A DNA stretch of 64,000 bases from the human T2T-CHM13v2.0 reference genome, Homo sapiens. The position numbers were made by a program, and so were the translations under genes. The notes below the pieces were generated by a model that was not told where the DNA came from, did no database searches, and saw only the letters and a list, made by a program, of their open reading frames with translations. The stretch lies in the NCBI RefSeq assembly GCF_009914755.1, contig NC_060931.1; one strand, written 5' to 3'. Positions 1 through 13,128 of this stretch are shown piece by piece (within the stretch, counting starts at the first letter, position 1; every line of letters begins with the position of its first letter).

Positions 1-159
1 TTTCCTTCTGGTAGTCAAAACAGTGAGAAATGTGAAGGAGGGGCTTAGGCAAAAGCCAGCCTTGACGGCCTGGGGCATCTTATTGGCATTTGAATTGGTG
101 AGAGAGCTAACAGTTTCCACTCCTCCTCATGTTATTTTGGAAGCAAGACCTACCAAACA

Positions 160-459
<300 letters not shown>

Positions 460-907
460 CTACCAAACAGAACCACAGCCACTAAAAGAAGATCAGAGTT
501 AACAGTTGGACAGAGAGGGGTTATTTCTGCATGTTGGAGATGCTTGTGTTCACAGAGTAGCTGTGTTTATCATTAATAATAATAATAATAAAAAGTTATG
601 CCTCTCATCAGTAAGCATAGCCTTTAAAAGCTAGGCATATTCAGGGAAACAAATTCATCCACTTCTGACATCGGTTGCAGGGTCTTACCTCTGGCAACAG
701 ATTAATGCATTAGCAAGGAACCCAAATGAAAAGTGCTTATGTAGACAGCACAATGGCTGTGATTTAGTAATGTTCGTACAGCAATTTATATTTACTGAGT
801 GCTACAATGGTTTCTATTATTTATTCTTCAAGAGAAATCCATGAGGTACTGTCTTCATTTTTTTAGGTGAGGAAAATAAGGCATAGGGAAATTAATATGG
901 AATCACA

Positions 908-1047
908 GAGATCAAGTCAGGTTGTGCCTGTACACACAAAAATAACCTTTTAGAAAGGAAAAATGAGCTTAAGTTACGAGATCAAGTCAGGTTGTGCCTG
1001 TACACACAAAAATAACCTTTTAGAAAGGAAAAATGAGCTTAAGTTAC
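908..1047. repeat. Perfect 70-bp tandem duplication
   Basis: 908-977 identical to 978-1047. Confidence 0.97.
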
Positions 1048-1064
1048 TTGCTTGACATTAAATA

Positions 1065-1135
1065 TTACATTGGTGCAAAAGTAATTGTGGTTTTTAATTG
1101 TGGTGAAAACCGCAAATACTCTTGTACCAACCTAA
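1065..1135. mobile_element. MADE1 (Hsmar1-derived MITE)
   Basis: ttggtgcaaaagtaattgtggttttt...aaaaccgcaaatactcttgtaccaacctaa inverted repeats, TA on both sides. Confidence 0.9.
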
Positions 1136-2553
1136 TAGAGCAGTGGACACTGACATATTTTCTTAGCAGTAAAAACAACCCCCCCCCAAAAAAGTCACAT
1201 ACAATTCCAATTTACAAACAAGATAACAATTACACAGCATTAGTAAACCAAATATAAATTTCTAACGTTTACTAATTATTAGGGCAATCAATGCTTTAGG
1301 AACATAAACTTTGAAATCAGAGGGCATGTATAATAGTTCCAAGCTTCTATCACTCTCAGCTTCTGTGAATTTCAGAACTTCTGAACTCCAGAGTCTGCAG
1401 GCTTTAGGAAGAAAGTGTTTGCCTAAACATAACAGGTCAAAAGTATAAATTCAGTAAAACTACTTTGTTTGCATAAACCTAATGACATAGTGTGTATGCT
1501 GGGAATGTACTTGAACCTTTGAATTCAGTTGTTTAATTAGTGAGCTATTGTGGTGGGGGTGGAGTGAGTGGGGAAACCCACAGAGGAGGAGCCTCCGCTG
1601 AGTGATTTAAAGCGTGCAGGAAAGAAGGCCTGTGGCCTGTGTATGCATAGGGGGAGCTCCTCCCTAATCCTCATTATAGATTTGTGTTCTCTAAAGCCGG
1701 AAACGACAAACTAAAATTAAGTAAAGAGATGCTAACGGTTATATTAATTTTTAAAGAAGAAACAACAGCCTGCAGCTGATGATGTGTTGGCTGGAATGGC
1801 CTGAGCCGCTGGGAAAGAATTTAATGGAACTAGAGCTTTTAAAAGTCATATGAGTTCAAAAGGGGAAACAGGAAAAATAAATAAAGAGAAGTAGGCAGAA
1901 AGAACAGGTGAGATTCAGCTGAGTGAAGTTGATGGCATAACATATGCTGAGGCCACACATTTCCAACAACAGTCCATCAGCCATGAGCTGAGTTATGGCT
2001 CCCAGAGTCATGGAAAGCAGTTCTGAACAGAAGCTAAATGTTGGTGAACTCAAATTCCAAAAAGAATAAAGTCATGCTTCTCCAGAGACCAAAGAGAAGA
2101 TAAAGAAAATGGCCTGGCCTTATACTTGAGGGAGAAAGCAAAATGATTTACAAAGAACAGAACTAGTGATTGGAACCAATGAGTAGGACTGGATGAGCAG
2201 AGAATAGGATCTAAAACTGGCAGTCTTGGAAGGAGCCTAAGAGAGCATCGAATCCAAGAAGTTTGGGGATGATAAATGTGAGGCACATGTATCACCTGTT
2301 ATCTATGTCCACAGTCCACTCAATACTGCAACCTGGTCCAAGATGAATCCTGTGGCATTGGGTTTATCTGTTAACAGTTTATAAGAAGACCACATTCCAG
2401 ATCAACTGGAGCAAAATACTTCAACTTTTTACACCAGGGAACCAGGGATGATGTATGTGCTCTAAGGAACTGGAATGGAGGAATATACTTTATGTAAAGA
2501 AGGAAGACCAGAAATCCCAATATTAGATTGGAAAAAAAATCCTCTTCGTCTTC

Positions 2554-3002
2554 TGCCGGGCCCGCCCAGCAGACCCTGGCCAAATGACAGATGAAAAAAC
2601 GTACACAGACACAGGTGTTTTGCCTGGCCGCGCGGCTAGGGGACCGAGCCACTCACAGACATCAAGGAGGATGCCGTAAAGAGTCACAGAGGCCGCAGCC
2701 TTGACAAGCGGCCGCTACAGTCATTTATTCAGTACAGATATAAAGACAAAGGCCTTGAGGCAACACACTTGTAGGTAATTAATATGGTTGCGCCCCGCCC
2801 CCCGCCCCGCCCCCAGGTTCAGAGGCCTAAGTAAACTAACTTACCTTGATCAATTCTCTTACACTTCCTTGTTATCTACTCTTAGAGAATTCAGCTGCCT
2901 TCAGCCCAATCCTTTCCCAAAGCTTCTGCAAAACCTCCCAGCCTTCCAGGAATGTTTCCATCTTTCTATAATTTTTCCCACCACCCTGACCGATCTCCTA
3001 CA
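2554..3002 (-). mobile_element. LTR22-family (HML-5/HERVK22) solo LTR
   Basis: Minus strand starts TGTAGGAGATCGGTCAGGGTGGTGGGAAAAATTATAG and ends CA; AATAAA inside; degenerate 6-bp TSD gtcttc/atctcc. Confidence 0.85.
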
Positions 3003-3924
3003 ATCTCCAAAATTGTGAAATAGAAAATCAAGCTATTACAAGTGGCAGGGGGAACCTACCTGTGGTGGCATTTCTGTTAAATAATAATGTGTACGTGATT
3101 GAGCTTTGTAAACTAAAAATAACTAGAAAAGGGAAGTGATGCTCTGGAGTGGCTTTAGATTTGAGTGTTTACTTCACTATACATACATATTTTTTTCCTA
3201 AATACAAATATGATACGTCCATTTAGAATATTTGGAAAACAGAAGTGAAAGATTTTTTAAAGAGAGAGAGAAATATTCAACCATAATAAGCCTTCCACTT
3301 AGAACTGATCACTGTTAACAATTTGGTGCACTACATACTAGTATTTAATTCATATGCAGATCTGTGCCTTGTTTATAAATAAAAGTGAGACCCTTTTCCT
3401 TTCTTTTTACTTGGCAATACATTGTGTGCTTTGCCATTTCATTTTATTCTTAAAACATTAAAGACTGCATTAAATTCTACTGCTTTTCATCAATTCTCTA
3501 AAGTTAAAAACTTAGGTCTTTGTATTTCCACTATTTCAAATAAAAGTGTGGATTGATATCCTTGATTTTGTTTGCATTTATTTGTGTGCTAGTAAGACTA
3601 ATCATTTTTCATGTTTTGGGCCATTTACACTTCTTTTGTATATTGGTTTCATGTTACTGTCCATTTTTTTCCTAGAGTATTAAGCTTTTTAAAAGACCTC
3701 TTTACATTAAATATATTAATCCATCCTCTGTCATATACATTTAAAATATCATTGATTTGTCTTATTTCATTTAAGGTATTTTCTTCAAGAGGGGAGGCCT
3801 TTAGTTTTTATGTAGCTAAATTTTTTCCTTCATGGCTTTTGTTTTTGGTGACAAGTTTTGAAAGATCTCTGTGCTGCAACTACATATACATATTCAGCAG
3901 TAGTTCCATTTAGTTCTTTTAACG

Positions 3925-4170
3925 AGCATTGTTTAAAAGCGTGGGGACTGGAAGCCATTCCTAACACTGACCTTAATCTTATGATCTATTCTGCCTCCAC
4001 TGATCTATGATTAATCTGATCTGTGCTTTAATTTCTTTATCATAAAACTAATAAGTAGTACTAGTATTTGCCTCACAGAGCAGTTAAAAGTAGTAAACTG
4101 GATAATCTATATAAAGTGCAAGGCATAATATCTGGCACATAATAAATAATAAATGCTAGGGATTATTTAA
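3925..4170 (+). mobile_element. MIR
   Basis: Core and 3' similarity (cctcacagag...tataaagtgc...tctggcacataataa). Confidence 0.65.
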
Positions 4171-4719
4171 CTCCCTAATATCTACGAACATTATTTTAGA
4201 GACTATGATACAAATAAATCTAAGTTTAATTTTCTCCAAATTTGTGCCAACACTATATTTTGAATAAAACATATTGTGTCTCACTAATTTTATATGCCAC
4301 TTCTATTATATACTAAATGATTACAGGTGTTTGGATACATGTCTACACTTTTTATTGAAGTCTACTGATTTCCCTGGCTAGTAATATAAGTCTACTACAA
4401 TATTAAAATCAGTATGGCTGAATAATATTTTAATTACTTTTAGTGCAATTATCCGTCCTTAATTATTCTTTTCTCAGAAAATACCCCTGACTAATCAGGC
4501 TGCCAAAACTTCTGGTTAAAGTTCCAAGAGGGAATTAACAAAAGTATATGAAACTGTCATTCTTATAACGAGCACTACCTTTAAATATTTTTTGGGAAAG
4601 TCCAAGGTGAACTTTTCTGCCCAAATTATATTTCACACCAATCACTTCCTAGTTTCTGTCCAGTAAAGTATAAATGTATAAGGGTCAGTATCAACTGTCA
4701 AAACAAATCAGGTTTTTCG

Positions 4720-5096
4720 ACTGAACTCATTGAGATAGAGAATAGAAGGTTACCAGAGACTGGGAAGGGTAGTAAGAGAGATGGCATGGAGAGGAGGTGG
4801 GGATGGTTAATGGGTTAAAAAAATAGTTAGAAAGAATGAATAAGACATAGTATTTGATAGCACAACAGGGTGACTATAGTCAACAATGACTTAATTTACA
4901 TTTTACTAACATTTTACTAAAAGAGTGTAATCGGATTGTTTGTAACACAAAGTGTAAACATAAACACTTGAACGGATGGATACATCATTTCCCATGATGT
5001 GATTATTATGCACTGCATGCCTGTATCAAAACATCTCATGTACCCCATAAGTATATATACCTACAATATACCTACACAAATTAAAACTTAAAAAAA
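4720..5096 (+). mobile_element. L1MA-type 3' end
   Basis: 3'UTR motifs gatagcacaacagggtgactatagtcaac, catctcatgtaccccata; A tail. Confidence 0.85.
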
Positions 5097-5949
5097 TCTC
5101 TTTATTTTCTTGTAAATGATCTTTATTGAATTTGAATTTTTATATCTTCTAATATAAAACATATGTTTTAAAAAACTCAGGTTTCTAAGTGTACCCTTGT
5201 AAAACATTTAAAGGCCAAAAGGAGAATACATTGTACCTTCTAAATCACTTTCTAAACCCAGCCCTGGGACCCTCAGGACTCCACTCATTACAGGATGGGG
5301 GTCAGCCAGCATGAATAGCCCCGGCTTCATTGGTGATCATGAGGAGCAAGAAAACAAACACCTGAAGAGCCTGAGAATGGAAGCCCAAGTGTCAGTTCTT
5401 CCTTGTAGTGCCTCTGCACTGTCGCAAATGGGCTGTGGGGAGACTTTATGTGCCTCACTCAGGGGGTTCGTCATGCCTCCTTCTTTGAGTAGGAAGAGGA
5501 ATTGGAAATATACAAGCATCAGAAGTGTGACTGCCATACTCTTCCTCCCAAGAGAGCAGATTTAAAATCCACTCATAGAGATGGAAGTAAAAAAGCTCCC
5601 TAACAACTTGTTTCAAATCAATATGCCACTTTAATATGAGAAAGTTCCCATGTCTTCACAGTGGCTTCACAAGTGGATTTCTGTCTTGTCTCATATTTAA
5701 TGATTCTATAACTGTGTGTGCAAAGCATATGATTTGATACATGACTAAAAAGGTATTGTTATTAACTGTTAAAATACCATGACTACATTCCTACTTTGCT
5801 CAGTTTTAATTTTATAATAAATACCTTAAGATTTTCCAAATTGCTCTAAATTTACATTTTGTAACAGGTTCTTCAAGTTTGTTTTGTTTTGTTTTTTATT
5901 TTCTCCAGGGATTGGGAAGCTTAAAGGAAAATAAGACTGCAAAGGGATC

Positions 5950-8900
5950 TCTTAATAGAAATGTATAAATTATGCTGAAGATAACAGAATAAGCAATGAT
6001 AAAAACTGCAATTTTTCAAATTAAGTCTGGCCACCAAGTAGATTGGGAGTGTGAAAATGAAAGAAACCATAGGAAAAAAGTGTCTATGACATCTTAAGCC
6101 TCATCAGAGCTAGTGAAAGGAACATTAGCTTTAATCAGATGAATAGAAGCCAGGAAGGGAGGCTTCAAAAAAAAGTCCTAATAAAGGGGAGCATGAAACC
6201 ATGGCTGAAACTCTGAAATGGAAGAAGGCTCAAGAGGTTTATTAGACTATTCAGAAAGAAATTTCAATTTTTCTTCTGCAAATAATTCAGAAAACAAAAA
6301 AGGTGGGGGCAGGAAGGCATATCTAAAGAGATCAATAGGAATCTCTGATGACCTCAAATTTCATGAGGATTTGTGCAAATCATAGAAGGACAAATAGTAC
6401 AGAGGAGAATGTTCCTAAACTTAGAGTCAGGAAAGCTCAAAAACATAATAAGCTAAGGCTTGAAAATGTATAGACAGCAAGAAAAATATTCTATTTTTTT
6501 TTTCTTTTTAAAGTGCCATCCAGTACAACAAGAGTCGTAAAGCCAAGGAGCTTCCGTTCATCACAGAGGAAATGGATTATGAAATGTTTAGTGTTGATGG
6601 ATGGGGTGTTGCTCTACTTCTCATTATTTTCTGTAATAGAGGACAACTGTCAATTAAAGAATGTTGGTGTCAATACTGGCATGAAGCCAGGCACGAAGCT
6701 GGACAGACAGGGATATTGTAAAATGCATTTTCTCACTCTGAAGGAATTAGAGACTCTCAGCCATGTTCACTTATGGGCGACCACATGTCCTCATTTGTCT
6801 GAGATATTCCTAGCTTATGCCTGCCTTTCTGGCATAGCTATTAATAGACCTCCTTTCCATTTTAAAAGATTTTAAGCACTGAGCAGACCAATATCAAGTT
6901 CCAAAGTTGAATCAGTAATACCAACAAACAAAAGCCCTACGGCAGATGGATTCATGGCCAAATTCCACCAGATAGACAAAGAAGAACTGGTACCAATCCT
7001 ACTGACGCTATTCCAAAAAATGGAGGAGGAGGGACTCCCCTCTAACTCATTTTATGAAGCTAGCATAACCCGGATACCAAAAGCTGGCAAAGACACAAAG
7101 AAAAAAGAAAACTACAGGCCAATATCCCTGATGAACATAGATTGAAAAATCCTCAACAAAATACTAGCAAACTGAATCCAGCAGCACATCAAAAAGTTAA
7201 TTCACCATGATTAAGTAGGCTTCATTTCCAAGATGCAAGCCTGGTTCAACATATGCAAATCAATAAATGCGATTCACCACAGAAACAGAACTTTTTAAAA
7301 CCACATGTAATCATTTCAATAGATGCAGAAAAAGCTTTTGATAAAATCTAACAACCCTTCATGATAAAAGCTTTCAACAAACTAGGCATCAAAAGAACAT
7401 ATCTCAAAATAATAAGAGCCATCTATGACAAACTCACAGCCAACATCATACTGAACAGGCAAAAGCTGGATACATCCCCACTTAGAACAGGAACAAGACA
7501 AGGATGCCTGCTCCCACCACTCCTATTCAACATAGTACTGGAATTCCTAGTCAGAGCAACCAGGCAAGAAAAAGAAATCAAAGGCATCCAAATAGGAAAA
7601 TACATCATCAAATTATCTCTCTTCACTGACAATATTATTCTATACCTAGAAAACCATCTCAGACTCCACCAAAAGGCTCCTATTCTGATAAATGACTTTA
7701 GTAAAGTGTCCGGATACAAAATCAACGTGGAGAAATCAGTAGCATTTCTATACACCAATAATGCTCAAGCTGAGAGCCAAATCAAGAACATGATCCCATT
7801 TACAATAGCCACACATACACACAAATCTAGGAATATATTTAACCTAGGAGGTGAAATATCTCTAAAGGGACTACAAGACACTGCTGAAAGAAATCAGAGA
7901 TGACACAAACAAAACAAAAAACATTCCATGCTCATGGATTAGAAGAATCAATATTGTTAAAATGGTCATACTGCCCAAAGCAATCTACAGATTCAATGCT
8001 ATTCCTATCAAATTATCAATGTTATCTCTCATAGAGTTCGAAAAACTATTCTAAAATTCATATGGAACCAAAAAAGAGCCCAAATACTCAAAGCAATACT
8101 AAGCAAAAAGAACAAAGCCAGGGGCATTGCATTATTCAATTTCAAACTATACTTTAAGGCTAAAGAAACAAAAACAACATGGTACTGGTATAAAAACAGA
8201 CACATAGACTAATGTAACAGAATAGGAAACCCAGAAATAAAGTCATCCAATCTTCAACAAAGTTGACAAAAATAAGCAATGGAAAAAAGGCTCCCTGTTC
8301 AATATATGGTCCTGGGATAACTGGCTAGCCATATGTGGAAGAATGAAACTGGACCCCTACCTTTCACTATATACAACAAATAATTGAAGATAGATTAAAA
8401 AGTTAAATATAAGACCTCAAACTATAAGAATCCTAGAAGAAAACTTAGGAAATACAATTCTGGTCATTGGCCTTGGGAAAAAAAATATGAGTAAGTCCTC
8501 AAAGGCAACTGCAATAAAAATAACAATCAATAACTAGGACCTAATTCAACTAAAGACCCTCTGCACAGCAAAAGAAACTATCAAACTGCAAACTACAGAA
8601 TGGGAGAAAATATTTGCAAACTATGCATCCAACAAAGTTCTAATATCCAGAATCTATAAGGAACTTAAACAATTCAGCAAGACAATTGTAAAAACCAATA
8701 ACTCCACTAAACAGTGGGCAAAAGATATAAATAGACACTTCTTAAAACACAAAAGCAGCCAAAAAACATGGAAAAATGCTCAACATCATTAATCATCAGA
8801 TAAATGCAAATCAAAACTACATGAGATACCATCTCACACCAGTCAGAATGGCTATTATTTAAAAGTTAAAAATAACAGATGTTGGTAAGGCTGTGGAGAA

Positions 8901-10440
8901 AATACACTGTTGGTGGGAATGTAAATTAGTTCAGTCACTGTGGAAAGCAGTCTGGAGATTTCTCAAAGAAGTTACAACAGAGCTACCAATCAACCCAGAA
9001 ATTCCATTACTGGGCAGATACCAAAGGAACATAAATCATTCTACCAAAAAGACACATGTGCTTGTATGTGCATTGCAACACTATTTGCAATAGCAAAGAC
9101 ATGGAATCAACCTGGGTGCCTATCGACAATGGACTGGGTAAAGAAAACCTAATACGTATTCACCATAGAATACTATGCAGCCATAAAAAAGAATGAAGTC
9201 ATGTCCTTTGCAGCACTGTGGATGCAGCTAGAGGCCATTATCCTAAGAAAATTAATGCAGGAACAGAAAACCACATACTGCATGTTCTCACTCATAAGTG
9301 AGAACTAAGCATTGGGTACACATGGACATTAAGATGAGAACAACAGACACTGGGGACTACTAGAAGAAGGAAAGAAGGAGGGCGGAAGACGCAAAAATCT
9401 ATTAGGTACCATACTCACTAACTAAGTGATAGGATCATTTACATCACAAAACCTTAGCATCATGCGATATACCTAAACATGCACTTGTACTCCCTGAATC
9501 AAAAATAAAAGTTGAAATTATATAAAATATAATATTAAATTATATAAAATAAAACTATCTTTATTTGAATGACAAATTATGTAGTCATCTTTAACATATA
9601 TCAACATGCCAAGAGTACTGCATGTTTTATTGTTTTCAATAATCTTCTTGATAATCTGAGGAACAGATTATCAAACAGATTTTTGTGATGACTTTGAAAG
9701 AGAGAAAGCAAACAGAAAGAGGAAACATGGGTTTTTAAAGACTAAATTAGGTGAGAGCCTCCTTATTTCTTTCTTCATTAGGGCTATTGCAGTACATGTC
9801 ATGGGATTTCTGTAGATAGATCAAATATGGATTTTAACAAGACCTCAGACAAAGATCTTTTTGATAGTTAGAGTCAAGGACGGAAATATGAATTGTCATA
9901 CAGTCTGATGTATTTTAATGAGTTGAATGGCTATTCCAAATAGTGTTGACTAATGTTTACTAATGAGCAATGTCAACTCTGCCCTTGGTACTGTCCTTTT
10001 CAATATTTTTATCACCAAATTGTATTAAGACATGCTGATCAAAGTTGTATCTGATGCACGGTAATAGCAGATATTGAGATGACAGAGTCAGGATCCAAAA
10101 TTATCTCATCAGACTAGGAAAATGTGCCAAGCCTGAAAAATTAAATTTCATGGGGAAAAACAATTTCACAGGGAGAAACTTATTTTTCCAAAGACCAGTT
10201 GCACAAAAATAATAAGAGAAAATATGAGATGAAAGAAAGAACGTTTTTGCTGATTAAAAATCATAATTGGTGAACTGGCCACAAAAGCATTAATATCAAC
10301 ATTAAGAGGCTGATGTATCAATCCTACTGCGTCCAGCATGTCACACCCAAAATAACATGTTCCACTCTGGGAACCTCAGCTTAAGCAAGATAGTGGCAAA
10401 CTGAGAACCATACAAAAAAATAATAGGAGAGTAAATTCTA
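5950..10440 (+). mobile_element. CR1/L3 LINE ORF2 remnant split by an L1
   Basis: 9725-10060 translate to KHGFLKTKLGESLLISFF, VDRSNMDFNKTSD, SALGTVLFNIFITKL, LIKVVSD (CR1 RT motifs). The part left of the L1 is less certain. Confidence 0.7.
6877..9550 (+). mobile_element. 5'-truncated L1PA (about L1PA15-17)
   Basis: Disrupted ORF2 RT fragments ([29 protein letters not shown]), 3'UTR, A-rich tail. Confidence 0.95.
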
Positions 10441-10487
10441 ACAGTGATTTAAAAAAAAAAGAATAAGAACAAAAATAGTAACAACAC

Positions 10488-10805
10488 AGATTTGCAATCC
10501 CTTATCTGCAGTTTTAAAATCCAAAGTGTTTGAAAACCAAAAATATGTTTAATTTTTGTCAAATCCTGACCTGAAATAGAGAAGGTATCTATGCTCTTTA
10601 TCTATTTCAACTTGTTGTACATATAATTTGCTGTACATATTTGCATAAATATTAATATACTTGATTATGGGATTCTGCCTTATGCTCCATTGGGGATATT
10701 ACATAATATCACCAGTGTATCTCTGTATTGCCTTTAAGAAAAACCCAACAATAGGAATTTCAAAATATAGCTGGTCTCAAGGTTTGGAGTAAAGGATTTT
10801 GACCT
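10488..10805. mobile_element. Old TcMar-Tigger-like MITE
   Basis: Imperfect terminal inverted repeats (caatcccttatc / gtaaaggattttgacct). Confidence 0.55.
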
Positions 10806-10814
10806 AATGGTAAT

Positions 10815-11010
10815 AACAACAATAATGATAATAATAACAGATAACACAAAAATAGCACTTACTATATGTCAGACACTGTCCTAGGAACTTAGCATATATT
10901 AATTCATTCAATTTTTGCAATAACCAGAGATGTATATACCATTATTATTATCCTCACTCTACAATAAAGTAAACTGAAGCACAAAGATTTGCCCAGAGCC
11001 ACATACTAAG
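10815..11010 (-). mobile_element. MIR
   Basis: agcacttactatatgtcagacactgtcctagg...aaactgaagcacaaag. Confidence 0.75.
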
Positions 11011-12091
11011 ATGCTATTTGAATGTTAATATGATACTTGAATAGTTGTCTTCAAGTTGAAACATTGTACGTGGAAGTAGCAGGAAGCAGGATGCCTACAA
11101 ATGTAAAGCTTAATTGGGGTGTCACTGTAGAATGTTCTTAAAATATTTTGAAGCTTACAGAAATACACCTTGAAGCAAATTATTTTTGCTTGAGTAGTCT
11201 TTCTTTGTAATTTTAGAAGGAAAATGTGCCAATTATTCAGGGAGGATCAAAACAGAAAATAATTTTGTAATTGATCAAACCACAACTTCCTAAAGCTACT
11301 ACAATGCAAAGTTGAAGCTTCAGAAGGAAAAGAGAATGAGAATCTGACAATGGACTTCCAAGATTCAAAGCTGAGGAGAAGGTGGAAGGGAAGCACAACT
11401 TCACCTTAATGAAAAGGAAAAAGAATGATGTAGGCTGGTGAGCCAGGCCCAAGACAGGTATTTAAAGGCAAAGCTGTTGGGCACAGCTTCTGACTAGTAC
11501 CAAGAACTGCTCTGGATGCAAGGCACTGTGGGGAGACTTCGTGGCACAACAGCTGAGCATGTTTGTGTGAACTGAATATCCACGGTGGTGTCACCAGTGC
11601 ATCCAGACCAGCAGTAGCCTCACCATGGCAGAGGACAGGATGCAAGAGCAACATGTGGCCACGGGAAGCAGCAAGAACAGACTGCCATACTTTTGCTTCG
11701 ACCTTTATCTGTTGTTAGAAGCAAAAACCACACCCTGTGTGGACTGAATACACCAGCAACCTACTGAGACAGCGAAGGGGTGCCTGGAGAAACTCCAAGC
11801 AGCCTGCCCACTGGGGTGGAGCCACAGAAGTTCCAGCCCTTTGCAGCGGTGAGGAGCCGGGCTCCTCCTCTTCCTGGGTGGAACCTGGGATTCCGACAAC
11901 CCAGCGGGAAGTGCTCTAGCGGGGATTCTGGGCTTGTGAGAGTCCCTGTTTACCCCCCTTTCTTCCTTTTCATCCATTAAAACCCTACTTTACTCACCAT
12001 TCAAACTGTTTGTGAGCCTAAATTTTCATAGCCGTAGGACGGACAAGGACCCCATCGCTAGCTGAACTAAGGAAAAGTCCTGAAACATTTT

Positions 12092-12109
12092 TGGCCTGCA
12101 ACGTGGGGA
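12092..12109 (+). promoter_or_regulatory. Primer-binding site, tRNA-Lys1,2-like
   Basis: TGGCCTGCAACGTGGGGA vs Lys1,2 PBS TGGCGCCCAACGTGGGGC. Confidence 0.7.
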
Positions 12110-12642
12110 CTCAAGAAGCAGTGAGTGAAATGGGGACTGAAACTCTTACTGTTCCTTCTAAGCCTTTACATCCCTGGACTTCTGAGGGTGGAGAACCATG
12201 CCCCCAACCCCCTGTCTCCCCCAGGCCTTTTCATGCCTTTTCCTTCCTTTTTCGAGACCCACCTGTGAGCAGCAGCTCCCCACCGCCACCCCCATCCCTG
12301 CCAGCACTGGGACGCATGGCCCAAGGGTCCTGCACAGCCACTGGCTGGTTCGCAGCCAGGCATGCTGCCGCAGCCTTCCACCTCCCTGGTCAAGGGGTTC
12401 AGCTCCATCAGACAGTAAATAAGCTTTTCTCTTGGTGGAGGGACCACTTATCTAAGAATAAGAGGTTCTTCCCCAGGCATTTTTAAACTGTTCTTTTTTC
12501 TTTCCCCTTCTCCATTCTGTTGGCAGTTAACTTTTAAAGTTTTTTTTTAGATGTTTTACTAGGCCAGGCTTCACCCAGCAACTGGGTTTCCTTTTGCCTG
12601 TCTGTGTATTGTGTGTAATGTCTGTCAAAAGAGCTCTAATTA

Positions 12643-13128
12643 TTATTGATGGACATTTGGGTTGGTTCCAAGACTTTGCTATTGTAAATAGTGCTGCAAT
12701 AAAGATAAAGAAAATGTAACACATATATACCATGGAATACTATGCAGCCATAAAAAAGAATGACATCATGTCCTTTGCAGAGACATGGATGAAGGTGGAA
12801 GCCATCATTCTCAGCAAACTAACACAGGAACAGAAAACCAAACACTGCATGTTCTCACTCATAAGTGGGAGTTGAACAGCAAGAACACATGGACACAGCA
12901 AGGGGAACATCACACACCCGGGCCTGTTGGGGAGTCAGGGGCAAAAGGAAGGAGGGCATTAGGACAAATACCTAATGAATGTGGGGCTTAAAACCTAGAT
13001 AACGGTTTCATAGGTGCAGCAAACCACAATGGTACATGTATACCTATGTAACAAACCTACACATTCTGCACATGTATCCTGGAACTAAAGTAAAATTAAA
13101 AATTTTTAAAAAAAAGTCAACAAGAAAA
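12643..13128 (+). mobile_element. L1PA (about PA7-8) 3' end with 5' inversion, inside MER61-int
   Basis: 12643-12703 inverted, 12704 onward sense; TSD aaaagagctctaatta (12627-12642) / aaaaaagctgtaatta (13129-13144). Confidence 0.9.

Noticed and set aside
5311-5565. Overlapping ORFs in unique sequence
   Set aside because: No recognisable domain or convincing splice pair; could not be tied to the fossil gene.
6954-9152. RT-like ORFs as a host gene
   Set aside because: Broken L1 ORF2 fragments; the same applies at 19.6-21.2 kb, 51.4 kb and 56.5 kb.
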